Shown: positions 1 through 11,877 of the stretch, one piece after another | How the letters are laid out: the number at the start of each line of letters is the position of its first letter | Position numbering within the stretch: the stretch's first letter is position 1 | Assembly (NCBI GenBank): GCA_013265495.1 | Contig: MU057887.1 | Span: forward strand, 11,985 to 75,984 | Length of the DNA: 64,000 nt | Source: Vicugna vicugna | Taxonomy: Eukaryota | Direction of reading: 5' to 3' | The notes under the pieces: model-generated | What the model was told of the DNA's origin: nothing | What the model saw: only the letters and a program-made list of their open reading frames with translations | Databases searched by the model: none | Position numbers and translations under genes: made by a program

Positions 1-1539
1 GGCGGCTGGAGTTGACCATCGGTCATTGTCAGTTTGGGGAAACTGGAGCCTGGAAGAGGGAAGCACAGAACACTTCACTGGGCCCATTGGGTGAGAGGAC
101 CACAGGGCAGGGTGGGCCTCCCCACCCCTGCCTGTCCCTCTCGGGCTGGGAGACACCCCCCCCACCAGGAGAGAATGAGCTAAATTCTTACTTAACAGCA
201 GGAGGCTTCTGGGCCTCATTACCATGATGAAAATTAATATTTATTATGCAATTATTCATCTTTATAATTGCTAGTATTTCAAAGGGAGCATGGAGACTTT
301 AATTAGACTACTTTGATTATTATTAAAATGGAATGTCAGAATGAGACGTGCCCCTCTCCCCGCCGCCGACAGCCCGTGTCATGCTGCCTCAGGAAGTCTC
401 TCAGACAGGCTCTGCTCCCTGACCCCGAGGCTGACTCGCTCTTTTGGACCATTTTTTAATCCTGATTTCGGGAAACTTTCTCGGGGCATCTGAGGCGCCA
501 AACTCAAAACTCCAGGGGCCTGGTTCCTGTAGGTGCCTTTAAGACGGGCAGCCAAGCGTCCTGGGGCAGAGGGGCTAGTCCTCGTGCGCAGCAAAGGGAC
601 CAAGTGTCATAGGACTGGCTCCCGCCACCCCCACGACGGCTGTGCCCTGTGCCCACCCGCCTGGCCTCGCTGTCAGTTCTCCCGAGATACTGGGCTACAG
701 GGCTCTTCCTCACCCCGCTGGTCACCCTGGGGTTTCCTTCCCTCCCTCCCCATCTCCTAGTCCCATTCAACAAACATTTGTCAAGCCCCATTAAAATGTC
801 TCTTGCCCTTTTAGGGGCACAAAACATTTTCAAGTATTGGACTTCTTGGTGGCAACCTTAAGAGGATCAGAAGGTGGAAAACAGTTTTTAAAAGCAAGAT
901 TTGGAAAAATGAGACCTTCCAACCAGCGGCAGCAGGACCCCTGCCCTCCTCCTGCCTGTGGCCCCATCACCAGCACCGTCTGAGCGGACCCAGGCCCTGG
1001 CCGTGCTGCTGACGTGGGAAAGAGGACAGAAGCTGCAGACCCAGCAGGAAGCAGAGGCAGGGGTCTGGGAAGACAGAGAGGCCTGAGCAGGGACGGGTCC
1101 AAGGGGCTGCTGAGGAGGAGGACTCGGGGGGAGAGGGGGGAGGGACAGAAAGGTGGACCGTAATGCCCAGATGTCCCACTTGGGTGGCTGAAATGACACC
1201 GCCAGGGCAGGTGACAAGCTCCGACTGGGATGTGCTGAGGGGCCCATGGGCCTCGTAGGGGGACGCCAGGGCCGGGTGATGGGTGTGGGTCATGGGAGGG
1301 TCCGGGCCACATGCCAGATTAGAGAGTCACCATGGCAGAGACACCGGGAGGCATGGCGAGCCAGGGATGGCCCAGGAACGGAAGTGGCCAGGACACACCC
1401 CTGGAACACACACTGTGCAGAGGGGCAGAGAAGGGGCTGTGGGAGAGGAAGGCGAGGCCAGGCGAGGGGGCTTTGCAAACAGACTGGGAGGAAGCTTCCA
1501 GCCAGCAGAGGCGCTCAGGGTCAGGGGCACAAAGGAGGG

Positions 1540-1870
1540 TGTTGTGCTTGGTTTGGGCCCCCGCAGAAGCCGTTGCAGTCCTCACCCCCAGTGCCTGTGA
1601 ACAGACTCTATTTGGAAACAGGGTCTTTGCAGACGATCAAGTTAAGATGAGGTCATTAGGGTGGGCCCCGGTGAGAGCAGACACAGTGAAAACCATGTGA
1701 AGACACGGCAGGAGCTGCCCGCTGACAGCCAAGGAACACCTGAGGCCCCCGGAAGCGGGGAAGAGCCGGGAAGGAACCGCCCTGCCTGCCAACGCCTTGA
1801 CCTGGGACTCTGGCCTCCAGATTGTGAGACAGTAAATGTCTGTCATTTAAGCGGCCCCAGGATACTAATC
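1540..1870 (+). mobile_element. MaLR solo LTR (MLT1B/C-like)
   Basis: TATTTGGAAACAGGGTCTTTGCAGA...AAGTTAAGATGAGGTCATTAGGGTGGGCCC and CCTCCAGATTGTGAGACAGTAAATGTCTG are MLT1 hallmarks. Confidence 0.8.
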
Positions 1871-2667
1871 GAGGGGTCAGGGTAGGATGCTGAGCTGGCA
1901 GACAGTGGAGGAGAGGGTGCTGTGTACCCGCCATGCTGCCAGGGAGGAGGGTGTCACCTCCCACCTGCCTCTGCTGCCAGGAGAGTCGACAACCTGGGGG
2001 TAGAAGGAATCAGATCAGCAGGGGACAGAGGCACTGGTGGCCCAGGATGGTGGGCTCAGCACTGCCCCCTTCCCCCATCACGGTTTCCTTCAGCCCCGCC
2101 CACGCAGCACAATAGTTCACATCCAAGGGCCCCAGAATAGGAAGCCCCAGGATTCTCGTTTGCTTATTCCACAGCCCCCAAGCCAAGGTGGCCCCCACCA
2201 CAGAAGCCTCCCCAGGGAGAAACCATGGGGTCAGAACCCCCTGAGAGGGAAGAGGGGCTGTCCCGGGCCAACCGGACTCTTCACTTTGGTGGAGCTGGGA
2301 CACCGCCCTGGGTTGAAGCCTGGGTTCTCACACCCACCTGCTCTGTGACCGACTGCAGGTGCGACCCCTCCCCAGGGGCTCAGGGGCTCCACCTGCCAAG
2401 CGAGCATTAGAACCCCTCACCCTCCTGAGTCTAGGAGGCCAGCTCAGGCTGCCCCATGGCAGTCCCCCAGGGCTATGTCTGGATGCCCAGCCAGCAGCCC
2501 CTGCCCCATCCCGCAGGGACTCGCTGTGGGATCCACCCATCATGCCTCATTTCTCTCCCTCACCTGACCTGAGCTCACCCAGGCCAATGGCAGCTGACAA
2601 CTGCACGAGGTGTTCCAAACGCTCTCATTTAACCCTCTCAAGACCTGACTGGTGGTGGGGTGGGGCA

Positions 2668-2811
2668 GGGGTAGAATGTAGCTCAGTGGTAGAGTGTGTG
2701 CTTAGCATGCATGAGGTCCTGGGTTCAATCCCCAGTACCTCCATTAAAATACATACATACATACACACATACCTAATTACCTCCCCCTCCAAAAAAAGGA
2801 AAAAAAAAGAA
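2668..2811 (+). mobile_element. tRNA-Ala-derived SINE (camelid vic-1 type)
   Basis: A box TAGCTCAGTGG 2679-2689, CTTAGCATGC anticodon-arm remnant, B box GGTTCAATCC 2722-2731, then an (ACAT)n linker, CCTAATTACCTCCCC and an A-rich tail. Confidence 0.9.
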
Positions 2812-3969
2812 CTAATGGCGGCCCCCCACCCCTGTGGGCCCTGTGTATGTCAGTCACCACCCCCTGGACACCCTCCCCTCTCAGAGCCCACCAGGTACAG
2901 CCTGTGCCCCATCTTCCTGGGGCTCCCACAGACAACCGGCCCCTCCCACCCAGCAGGGCCCAGCCTCTCCTCTGCCCCGTTCCTTTGCTTTGACAGAGTC
3001 AGACAAAACAAGTTCCTTTTCCATCCCTTTCCAAGGCTCCCAAACCAGCCTCCTGCCCACCTCTGCCCCGGGCAGGATTAACATGCAAGTATGGTAATCA
3101 GCAAAGCCTGGCAATTGGCATGACAATCAGAGGGCATTAAGCCCCACTCCTGAATGGCTTCCAAAAGCAGGTCCCATCCTGGTTCCCCAGAGGCCAGCAG
3201 GGAGGCCGTGGAGAGGGGTGGACCCCAAGGTCCAGACAGATGAGCTGGCCCTCATCCTGGCTGCTTCCACCTGGAAGGAGGGGAGATCCCCCAGACACTC
3301 TCCTGTCTTCCGAGGTGCTTGCTCCGACAGCAGTTGCCCTCTGCTGCTTCCTGGAGGCCTCGCGGCGGAAGCTGGAGGGAGAAATGTGGCTGCCATCCCG
3401 CCGAGGGGCCCCCACAAGGGACTCTGTCCCCACTCACCCAGGGACCTTCCCTGAGCCTCAGCCCCCCTCCTGTCAAATGCAGACTGTATTGTGCCTCCCT
3501 TAGGAGGTTGTTTCCATCTGTCACTGACACGGTGGGGGAGAGTGAGTTCTGGAAGCAGCGGAGCCCTGCATGAACGATGCTCCTTGACGTTCTTCCTCGC
3601 TGAGCCCCCTCTGTGGGCTGTGCTGGGCACCCACGGACAGCTGGGTGGGGTCCCATCCCCGCCCCACCCCAGGGGGCTGGACGGAGGGTGGCCAGGTCCC
3701 CTTGGAGTGAACATGACCCTGCACCTTTGCTCCCTAGCAAAAATAACAGTATTAGGTGAATCACATACAATTGCCACCTTTGTAGGTCAAAAATGACTGT
3801 GTTGTCAACTTCACCTAGTTCAATCTAATAACAATAATAATGAAAGTGTTTCAAGCACTTACAACATACCAGCCATTGTTCTAAGTTCCTGACACGTGTT
3901 TGCTTGTTTAGAATTCACAGCGCCCCATCCGCTGGCTCACGAGGAGGAAGTGGGTCTCCAACAAGTTTG

Positions 3970-4870
3970 GTAATTAACGCAAGACCACACCGCTCATGTA
4001 CACCGATCAGGACGACTCAGACTAGAAATAGCGACAACGCCAAACGCTGGCAAGGATGGGAAGAAACCCGACACTGCTGGTGCAAGTGTCAGGGCACAGC
4101 TGTTCTGAAAGGCAGTTTGGCAGTTTCTTAAAAACTAAAACGCCACTGCTGTACGACTCAGCACTTGCGCTCCTGGTCACTCATCTCAGAGAAATGAAAA
4201 TGTATGTTCATGCAAAAACCTGTACGTAAGTGTTCGCAGCAGCTCTATTTGTGATGGCCTCAAACAAGAATCGGCCCAGATGTTCTTCCCGAGATGAACA
4301 ATCAAACAAACGGCCCCATCCGTCCCGGGGAATTCTACTCAGCAGTAAAAGAGGAAGGAACCAGTGAAACAGGAAATGGCTGGGAAGAATCTCTGGAAAA
4401 TTATGCTGAGTGAAAAATAAGCAATCTCAAAAGTTTACATACTGTGTGACTCCATTTATACAACATTTTTGAAATGACAAAATTTGGAAATGGAGGGCAG
4501 GTCAGTAGTTGCCAGGGATGCAGGACGAAGGAGGGGGCAGGTGGGTGTGGCTGTAAAAAGGCAACCTTGGTGTATCCTTGTGACGCTAAGAACGTTCATT
4601 CTGGCCGTGGCAGTGGCCAGGCACCAACACAGGTGATGAAGTTGCACAGAATTACACACGCATACACACACAAATGAGTGCAAGTAAAACGGGACATCCA
4701 AGGAAGGTCGGGGTGGGGGGGCGGTATCGGTGTCTGCGTCCTCGTCCTGGTACCCCGCTCTTGTTTCACAAAATGTTGCCATGGGAGGAAACCGGGCGTA
4801 ACGCACAGAGGAGCCCTCCGTGTTGTTGCGACTGCCTGCAAATCTACAGGGATCTCAATTTTTTAAAGTA
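3970..4870 (+). mobile_element. Old L1 3' fragment (ORF2 end and 3' UTR, L1MD-like)
   Basis: GGCAGTTTGGCAGTTTCTTAAAAACTAAA, AGAGAAATGAAAATGTATGTTCA, ATTATGCTGAGTGAAAA, ACACACAAATGAGTGCAAGTAAAAC. Confidence 0.8.
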
Positions 4871-4879
4871 ACATTAAAC

Positions 4880-5200
4880 AAGAAAAGATGGCTAAACCAA
4901 GGCTGCCACAGCCCAGAGGGGCCTGAGGAGACATGACAGCCGCGTGTGACGTTGTATCCCAGAGGGGATCCTGGAACAGAAAAAAAGACACGGGGGAAAA
5001 CCAAAGGAAACTGGAGTCAAGTGTGGACTTCGCTAATGAGACTGGTATCAATGCCGGGTCAGTAATCGTGATAAACGCTCCACACTGATGGGAGCTGCTG
5101 ACGGCTGGGGGAGACTGGGTGCCGGGTGTGTGGGAACGCTCTGAACACGCTTCTTAATTTTACTGTAAATCTAAACCAGCTCTAAAATGTAAAGCCGATT
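4880..5200 (+). mobile_element. Old L1 3' UTR fragment (L1MC-like)
   Basis: GGAGACATGACA...GGGATCCTGGAACAGAAAAAAAGACA...CTGTAAATCTAAA. Confidence 0.75.
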
Positions 5201-5229
5201 TTTCTAAGATGCCAAATGACTGCTTTTAC

Positions 5230-5560
5230 AAAAAAGGTTTGGAAATCTCTTCTAAAGCTAAATATAATTCTACCCTCTGACCCCACAGTTCCCCTCCTAA
5301 AGTCACCACCAAAGCAATGAGGTCACATGCCCACCAAAATGCATAGAGAGGTGTATTCATGGCACCTTTTTTCCAAAAGCCGAAAACTGAAAGCAAGCCC
5401 AGTGTCCATCAATACGAGGGGGATGAGTAATTACGGGGTATTCATGCCGCGGAACGCCACAGCAAAAGGGAGAAAAGAACTGCTCTGTTAAAGAAAAAGG
5501 TTGGCTCTTTTAAACATAACGTTGAACAAAAGAATTCAGACAGAAAAGACCGCTGCACGA
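5230..5560 (+). mobile_element. Old L1 fragment (L1ME-like)
   Basis: Degenerate TTTGGAAAT...CTACCCTCTGACCC...AAAACTGAAAGCAAGCCCAGTGTCCATCAA. Confidence 0.6.
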
Positions 5561-5726
5561 CTCCAGTTGCGCGAAGCAGGAGCGAGCAGCGGAGTGTCTG
5601 TGGGGACGGCAGCTGAGGGACATCACCTGCGTCGGGAAGGTGCTGGGGGGGGAGGCAGTTTGTGTTATAGCAAAATAAGAAATGAGTGAATAAATGAAGA
5701 TGGGTTTAGAAGGAAAATATCACTCA

Positions 5727-6103
5727 CATTATGGACTGAATGTTCCTATTTCCCCCAGAATTCTTATGCTGAAACCCTTCCCCCCGATGCGATGGTTTGC
5801 AAGATGGAGGTCTTCGGGGGGTGATCAGAGTTACATGAGGTCGTGAGGGTGGGGCCCCCATGATGGGAACGGTGCCCTTCAAAGAAGAGAAAGACCAGAT
5901 TTCTCTCTCCTGCACGTGGGGACACCATGAGAAGGTGACTTTCTGCAACCCAAGGAGGGATTCCTCACCAGAAGCCCACAGCGCTGGCGCCCTGGCCTCA
6001 GACTTCCAGCCTCCGGAAGTGCGAGAAAATAGCGGTCGGCTGTGTGAGCCTCCCTCCTGCGGGGTTTCCTTGTAGCAACCCAAGCAGTTGAAGACCTAAG
6101 GCA
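5727..6103 (+). mobile_element. MaLR solo LTR (MLT1A-like)
   Basis: TATGGACTGAATGTT...GAGGGTGGGGCCCCCATGATGGGA...CTCAGACTTCCAGCCTCC...GACCTAAGGCA. Confidence 0.85.
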
Positions 6104-6105
6104 AC

Positions 6106-6300
6106 TGTGTGAGTCCCGTCTTCCTGAGAAACAGAACCAGTAGGGAACACACGCGTGCGCGCGCGCACACAACGTGCATGCATGTATATGTCGGCCACGT
6201 GACATATATATACATGGGCATGCGTGTGTGCCACATGCTACACATGTATGACATGTGGCGAGGAATTGCCTTGTGCTACACAGAGACTGAGAAGTCCCAC
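6106..6300 (-). mobile_element. ERVL LTR fragment (MLT2-like) with internal purine-pyrimidine microsatellite
   Basis: GAGAAACAGAACCAGTAGG, an alternating RY tract, then AGGAATTG...GACTGAGAAGTCCCA: the typical reverse MLT2 end. Confidence 0.7.
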
Positions 6301-7099
6301 CATCCACACACTGGCTCCAGCCGCAAGCATCACTGGCACTCATCTGAGGGCAGGGCCTCTCTGAACCCATGTCAGCCGTGGTGTCCCCCGGGCCAGGCTG
6401 GGAAGGGGACCCTGAGACCTGGTCCCGGGCTGGCGGCTGTGGGGCCTGGCCCGCCCTTCCGTGTCTGTGCCGTCCAAGGCACGGGGAGGGGGTCTCTCCT
6501 TCAGACTTGAACACTCTTGGACCTCCAGCCTCCCTGCCCCAGGCATGACCGCCGGTCCCCTGTGTATCACCCCAAGTCTCCCAGGGCTCCGAGCACAGCT
6601 CAGCTGCGTCCCCCACCCCAGCCCTACCTACTGGCTGGTGGGCTCACTACAGGGAGGAGGGAGAAGGCAGCCCAGGTGCAGAGGACAGTGTGGGCAAGGC
6701 CCCACATGACAGCTCGCGGGGGGAGTGGCGGGAGCTGGGCTGAAAGTGTACGGAGGTATCTGGCCAAGGGACACAGGGGCCCTGATTCCCCAGCCCGCCG
6801 ACCGCGGGCGCACACTCGGGCCACCTCAAAACCTTCACCACACCCACCCTGTCACCTGGACCAAGAGATGGGAGGAGGAATAGTGGGCAGGAGAGGTTCT
6901 GACCTCTGGTTCTAGAAACTTCCATCCCACACACACTCACCCTTCCACCTGGGAAACAAAAACCGGGACAGGGACCATCAAGGCTCAGACTGGGAGACAG
7001 TCCTCCTGGGGGCCCTGCCCACAAAGCCACTTCCTGTTCTCACAGCCCCCCCCCGCCTCTGCATCTCCCTCCTGCATCTGACCCCACCTCCACGCTCCA

Positions 7100-7300
7100 C
7101 AGGCGTGCACAGGCGTGCACACACTCCGCACATACACACACATGCACACACAGCACACATACGCACACGCACCACACAGACACACACACTATACACGCGC
7201 ATGTGTTCTGTGACACTCCACACACGCCACGTACACACAGGCTGAGACACAGACACTTCCCACAGTCACACGCTCACACCCCGGATGCACACACATACAC
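7100..7300. repeat. Degenerate (CA)n low-complexity tract
   Basis: cacacactccgcacatacacacacatgcacacacagcacac... Confidence 0.9.
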
Positions 7301-7909
7301 TCCCTCACCCCAGGCTTGTGGGTGCAACAGTGAGGGAGTGACGCTGAGGCTGCCCACAGCGACAACTGGAATTATGCTGCCACGACCCTGCTCTTTAAAA
7401 AGGGATGAAGGAAGCCCCGTCCCTCCAGCCAGCCTAAGGCCAGCCCCCAGGTGGCTGCACTGCCCTCCTTCCCCGACGTCCCCGGGGAGGCCCAGAAACT
7501 GCTCTCCCCTTTCGCAGAGTCTGGCCTCTGACCCAGTGGTCCGGCCACCCCAGCCCCAGCCCCGGCTGCTGCTCCCTCAGGCCCCCGGGGAGGAGGGCCG
7601 GCCCAGTGTGAGCCCGCCGCTGTGGGCGTGAGGGCAGGAGCAGCGACAGCCACTGTGGGGTTTGCATCCTCAGGGGCTGCAGAGGGGCCAGCTAGGACCG
7701 GAGGGGGCTGCTGGGTGGGAGTGGGGTGAGGATGCAGGGGAGGGGGCCAAGGGGGCAGCTCTCTGGATGGTTTCTGAGGAGTCAGGGACTCGAACGGGCT
7801 GATGCTCCTTCAAGGGAGCCCCTCCAGCAAGTCCCTTTAAATGCTGGATTCAGTGGAACCCCAGGCAGGGGGAGGGGACTATACAAATGTGTATCTGTGT
7901 AAATCTATA

Positions 7910-7935
7910 GTGTGTGTGTGTGTGTGTGTGTGTGT
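7910..7935. repeat. (TG)n microsatellite abutting gap
   Basis: Perfect GT dinucleotide run. Confidence 0.95.
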
Positions 7936-8245
7936 NNNNNNNNNNNNNNNNNNNNNNNNNNNNNNNNNNNNNNNNNNNNNNNNNNNNNNNNNNNNNNNNN
8001 NNNNNNNNNNNNNNNNNNNNNNNNNNNNNNNNNNNNNNNNNNNNNNNNNNNNNNNNNNNNNNNNNNNNNNNNNNNNNNNNNNNNNNNNNNNNNNNNNNNN
8101 NNNNNNNNNNNNNNNNNNNNNNNNNNNNNNNNNNNNNNNNNNNNNNNNNNNNNNNNNNNNNNNNNNNNNNNNNNNNNNNNNNNNNNNNNNNNNNNNNNNN
8201 NNNNNNNNNNNNNNNNNNNNNNNNNNNNNNNNNNNNNNNNNNNNN
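7936..8245. other. Assembly gap (310 N)
   Basis: Run of N preceded by (TG)n and followed by G-rich repeats. Confidence 1.
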
Positions 8246-8718
8246 TGGGGGAGAACAGAGTTGGGGAGAGGATGGGGTTGGGGGGAGGACAGGGTGGAGG
8301 AAGACAGGGTTGGGGAGGAAGGATGAGCTCTCGCAGAGAATCTGCTTCTCACGACCCGTTTCCTCACCCACAAGCCTAATGACATCCGGTAAACACCAAA
8401 TGGCAGAAAACAGGCTTGACCCCACCAGGCAGGGGTCAAATGGGGTTCAGGCAGGGGTCATGCAGGACCGCTGGCCCATCCTGCGGGAATGGAGGTTCCC
8501 ATGACCCTCAGAGCTGCCAAGAGAGGCCCCAAGAAGCACAGCGACAGGGCAACCTGTTGTTTACAATGAAGTACATGGAAGGCGGACCCGGTGGCCCCAG
8601 GGGTCTCTGTCCTCGGCCTGACCCCCAGCTGCCCAAGTGACCCTGGCTGGCCCCAGTGACAGGCAAGCTGCGCTGCGCTGGGCCTGAGCACAAGGCCTGT
8701 TTGAGTGGTTGCTAGGAG

Positions 8719-8732
8719 GTTTCCATGGCAAC
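8719..8732. promoter_or_regulatory. RFX X-box motif
   Basis: GTTTCCATGGCAAC matches GTTNCCATGGNAAC fully. Confidence 0.55.
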
Positions 8733-10136
8733 TAGTAGGGGCCGAGGGAAGCCCAGCAGCTTCACACATCCCCCTCCACCGGTGGGAGCTGGGCCCCAGC
8801 AGCCCTTCCTGGGATCAGCCACCCAAGAGGGGCTGGAGGTGGCTGGACCCCCAAAGACCTAACATGAAGCTGACACTCTGGGAACACCGGGTGAGCTGGA
8901 GCAGGACGGGTTGGGAGGATGCAGAGCAAACAAAAGGGAGAGGCAGCAGGAGGGGTGTGCTGAGCCCCCCAGGATGACACCTGCCCCACTGAGGGGTCAC
9001 CACGTGTCAGCGCTGTGTGTCAGCTGGCCTAGCTGCCCCTTAATCTTGTGATGAAATGGCTGATTTTAATCTCCGGCCACAGATGAGGAAACAGGCTATG
9101 AGGGGTGGAGAGGTCTGACCCCAAACAGAGCTCCTCGGTTTGTCGTCAGTGTGCCCAGTGCTGGCGAGGCTGAGCACCCCTTATCCTGACTGCTTGTCCT
9201 CCAGGAGTGTGCTCTGACCACCCCCACCTGATGCCAGGAGACAGAGGCACAGAGAGGCCAAGGATCTGGCCCCAAGTCACACAGCACAGTATGTAGAAGT
9301 AGGGAACTGTCAGGGCGAGGCCACCTGGGCCTGAAACCCAAGGGACATGCTGACTTTGATGATGGGAGTGATGGAAATCCGTGTAATTAAATACCTAGGA
9401 AACAAAGCCGGTGGTGGGGGGGCCGAATGTAAGGGAGAGAACAATCACCCAGAAACAGGCAGAGAGCTGAGCGCACCCCCAGTCCCTGGGCTACAGGAGT
9501 GCCCTGGCTGCGCCCCCCAGGGTCAGCCACAGACCATCTCTTTGCTGTCTCTAAGCAGTCCTTGAGGATGCAAGCAAAGGAAGCCTGCACCCTGTCACAC
9601 AGGGAAACTGAGGCCCAGAGAGACCAAGGGACTGGCCAAGGTCACCCAGCCTCTGAACCACAGAACTGGCCCCCAACCCAGCTCTCCTGCCTCCTGGCCC
9701 TGCAAATTTCCATGACACCCTTGTAACTTGCCCCTGGTTGTGTGCCTAGCGCCATGCCATGCAGCTGGGGATGCCCAGCCAAGTGCAGACCTGGACGGGA
9801 CAGACTCTGTGAATGGGGAGGGAAGAGTGGCTGTCACCATCCCATTTGGCAGATGGGGACACTGAAGCTCAGGACAGGGCACAAGGGAGTCAGTGGAAGT
9901 GGGAGCAGCGGGGCGGATCCCAGAGCCTGGCCCCTGGGCCACACCAGACCTTGTGACCTGTGTCTCATCCCACAGCCCCTCACCAGAGGGAGGAAGAGCT
10001 CAGGAGAGGAAGAGGCAAAGAAAAGGCCCAGGGGAAGGATGGCCAGGTGGTCAAGGAAGAGCTCCTGCCACTGCCTTCCCCGCCCTTCGTCTGCAGGTGG
10101 GGGTGCCGAGGCTTCTGCTCCCTCCAAGGAGGCAAT

Positions 10137-10167
10137 GTTGCCATGGTGACCACCGTTACCTGGCAAC
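10137..10167. promoter_or_regulatory. Tandem RFX X-box motifs
   Basis: GTTGCCATGGTGAC (10137-10150) and GTTACCTGGCAAC (10155-10167). Confidence 0.55.
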
Positions 10168-10359
10168 TGAGCTGTGTTGTCCTGGGCACCTGCTGTCTTT
10201 CCTTTGGCTCTGAGGACAGATGTGTGTCCAGAAGCCCCCTTGTCTTGGAAAACTCACCTGTGGGGACAAGCCAGGTAGGCCGGGGCAGGAGAGGATGTGC
10301 AGAGACCCTCCTGGGCCTTCGAGAATCAGAGGTGGAAACATCTCACACGAGGCTTTCTT

Positions 10360-10630
10360 TTATTTTTCAAAAGTGGGAATAATTCTACTGATTTGTGGAA
10401 TAATAAAAATTAACATTGTAAAAACAATTTAACAATGCAGGAAAGCATACAAACAAAAGTTAGACTCAGCGTCATCTCACTTTGGTGGCATCGTCCCGGC
10501 AGCGCACTCCGCCTGCTGTACCAGAGGAAAGGTGGGCGTGTTTCTTAGAAGGGACCACGCACTGCACAGCTCAACCTGCATGGCCACTTAGCACCGCACT
10601 GGATGTGTTTCTGGGTCAGACACTGCTCGG
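10360..10630 (-). mobile_element. Highly diverged L1 (L1ME-like) fragment
   Basis: AT-rich TAATAAAAATTAACATTGTAAAAACAATTTAACAATGCAGGAAAGCATA pattern typical of reverse ancient L1 3' ends. Confidence 0.45.
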
Positions 10631-11877
10631 GTGCCTGGGGGCGACTTACTCAGAGTGCCCAGAGCTCCCACTCAGGGCCCAGGCTGGGCACTGGGCCCCC
10701 GAGATCTGGCACCTAAGGGGGGCTCACAGTCTCTGGGAAGGAAGAGCTGTGACCAGCACACCCATGACCCCAACAGAAGAAAGGGAGTGCTCCACTCCAC
10801 AAGAAGGGTCAGGCTCCACAGTGTCAGGTTCAAAGGGAAGAGAAAGCATGTACCTCCTGGAAATCCTGGCAGGCTTCCTGTAAGAGGCCCCTTTGGGGGC
10901 TGAGATTAGTATGATGAAAGGGATCATGAGTTGGAAATAAAGTGAGAAAAGAAGAAGGAAACACAAGGAAGAAAACACTGCATGGGCAGAGGCATGAAAG
11001 TAAGCTCGGGCTGGCCACCAGCAGAGCCCTACTGAGTGCAGTGGGGGCACAGGGTGCCCGGACCGGCCCTTCTCAGGGAGGCTGGAGGGAGGGGATCAGG
11101 AGGGTTTGGGATGGGAGGCCAGGAAGGAGGGGAGGACAGGACAGGAGGAGGGAGGGGGGAGGGAAGATGGAAGAGGAACTGGGACAGCTGACGTGTACTG
11201 GATTCACTGCCTACTGAAACCACCACTCACACAGGAGCCATGCCGGCCCATTTTACAGGACGGCAAACTGAGGATCTGAGAATTTGGTAAAACTTTCAAA
11301 AGACAATGGCCAATGAGTGGTGGCACCCCAGTAGTGTCACCCTCTCTGACTTGAGTCACCAAAGCCCACTCTGGCTACTAGCTCAGGGATGCTTTGTCCC
11401 CCCAACCCCATTTGTCTCAGAAATAGGGCTACTGGGGCCCCAGGCAGGCTGCTCTCTCCGGGCTGAGTGTGCTCGGCAGCCTGGGACCTCTGGGACCTAT
11501 CTTGGAAACAGCTGCTTTGTGTCAGGGCCCGTGCTGACCACCTGATTCCCAGGACACATCTGACAGCATGGGCCTGCCCCTCGGAGGTGGCATACAGGCC
11601 AGGGCCCCGGGAGGCCTTCAGTGAGCGAGACGCCTGAGCCATCCTGCAGCCCGGAGAACTGACTCCATCACAGGCGTGAACCCTGGACGGCCGGCCTCCC
11701 TCCTCTGCTTCAGTTTACATGAACTTCTAGGTTTAACCCATTTAAATGAGCACATAGTACACTCCAGACCCTGGTGTGCTCTGTTCTCTTCAAAGAAGGG
11801 TTTCCAGGACCTCCCCTCCTCCTGCCCCCAGATAACTCCCCGTGCCCTGCCCTGGGCTCTGCACACACACCCTGCTG

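Noticed and set aside
2668..2743. tRNA-Ala gene
   Set aside because: The tRNA-like head is followed by a SINE tail and A-tract and recurs at 18888 and 53870 with TSDs, so it is a SINE.
7841..8504. Long ORFs spanning gap 1 (likewise 37986-39020 spanning gap 2)
   Set aside because: Artefacts of translating through N runs.
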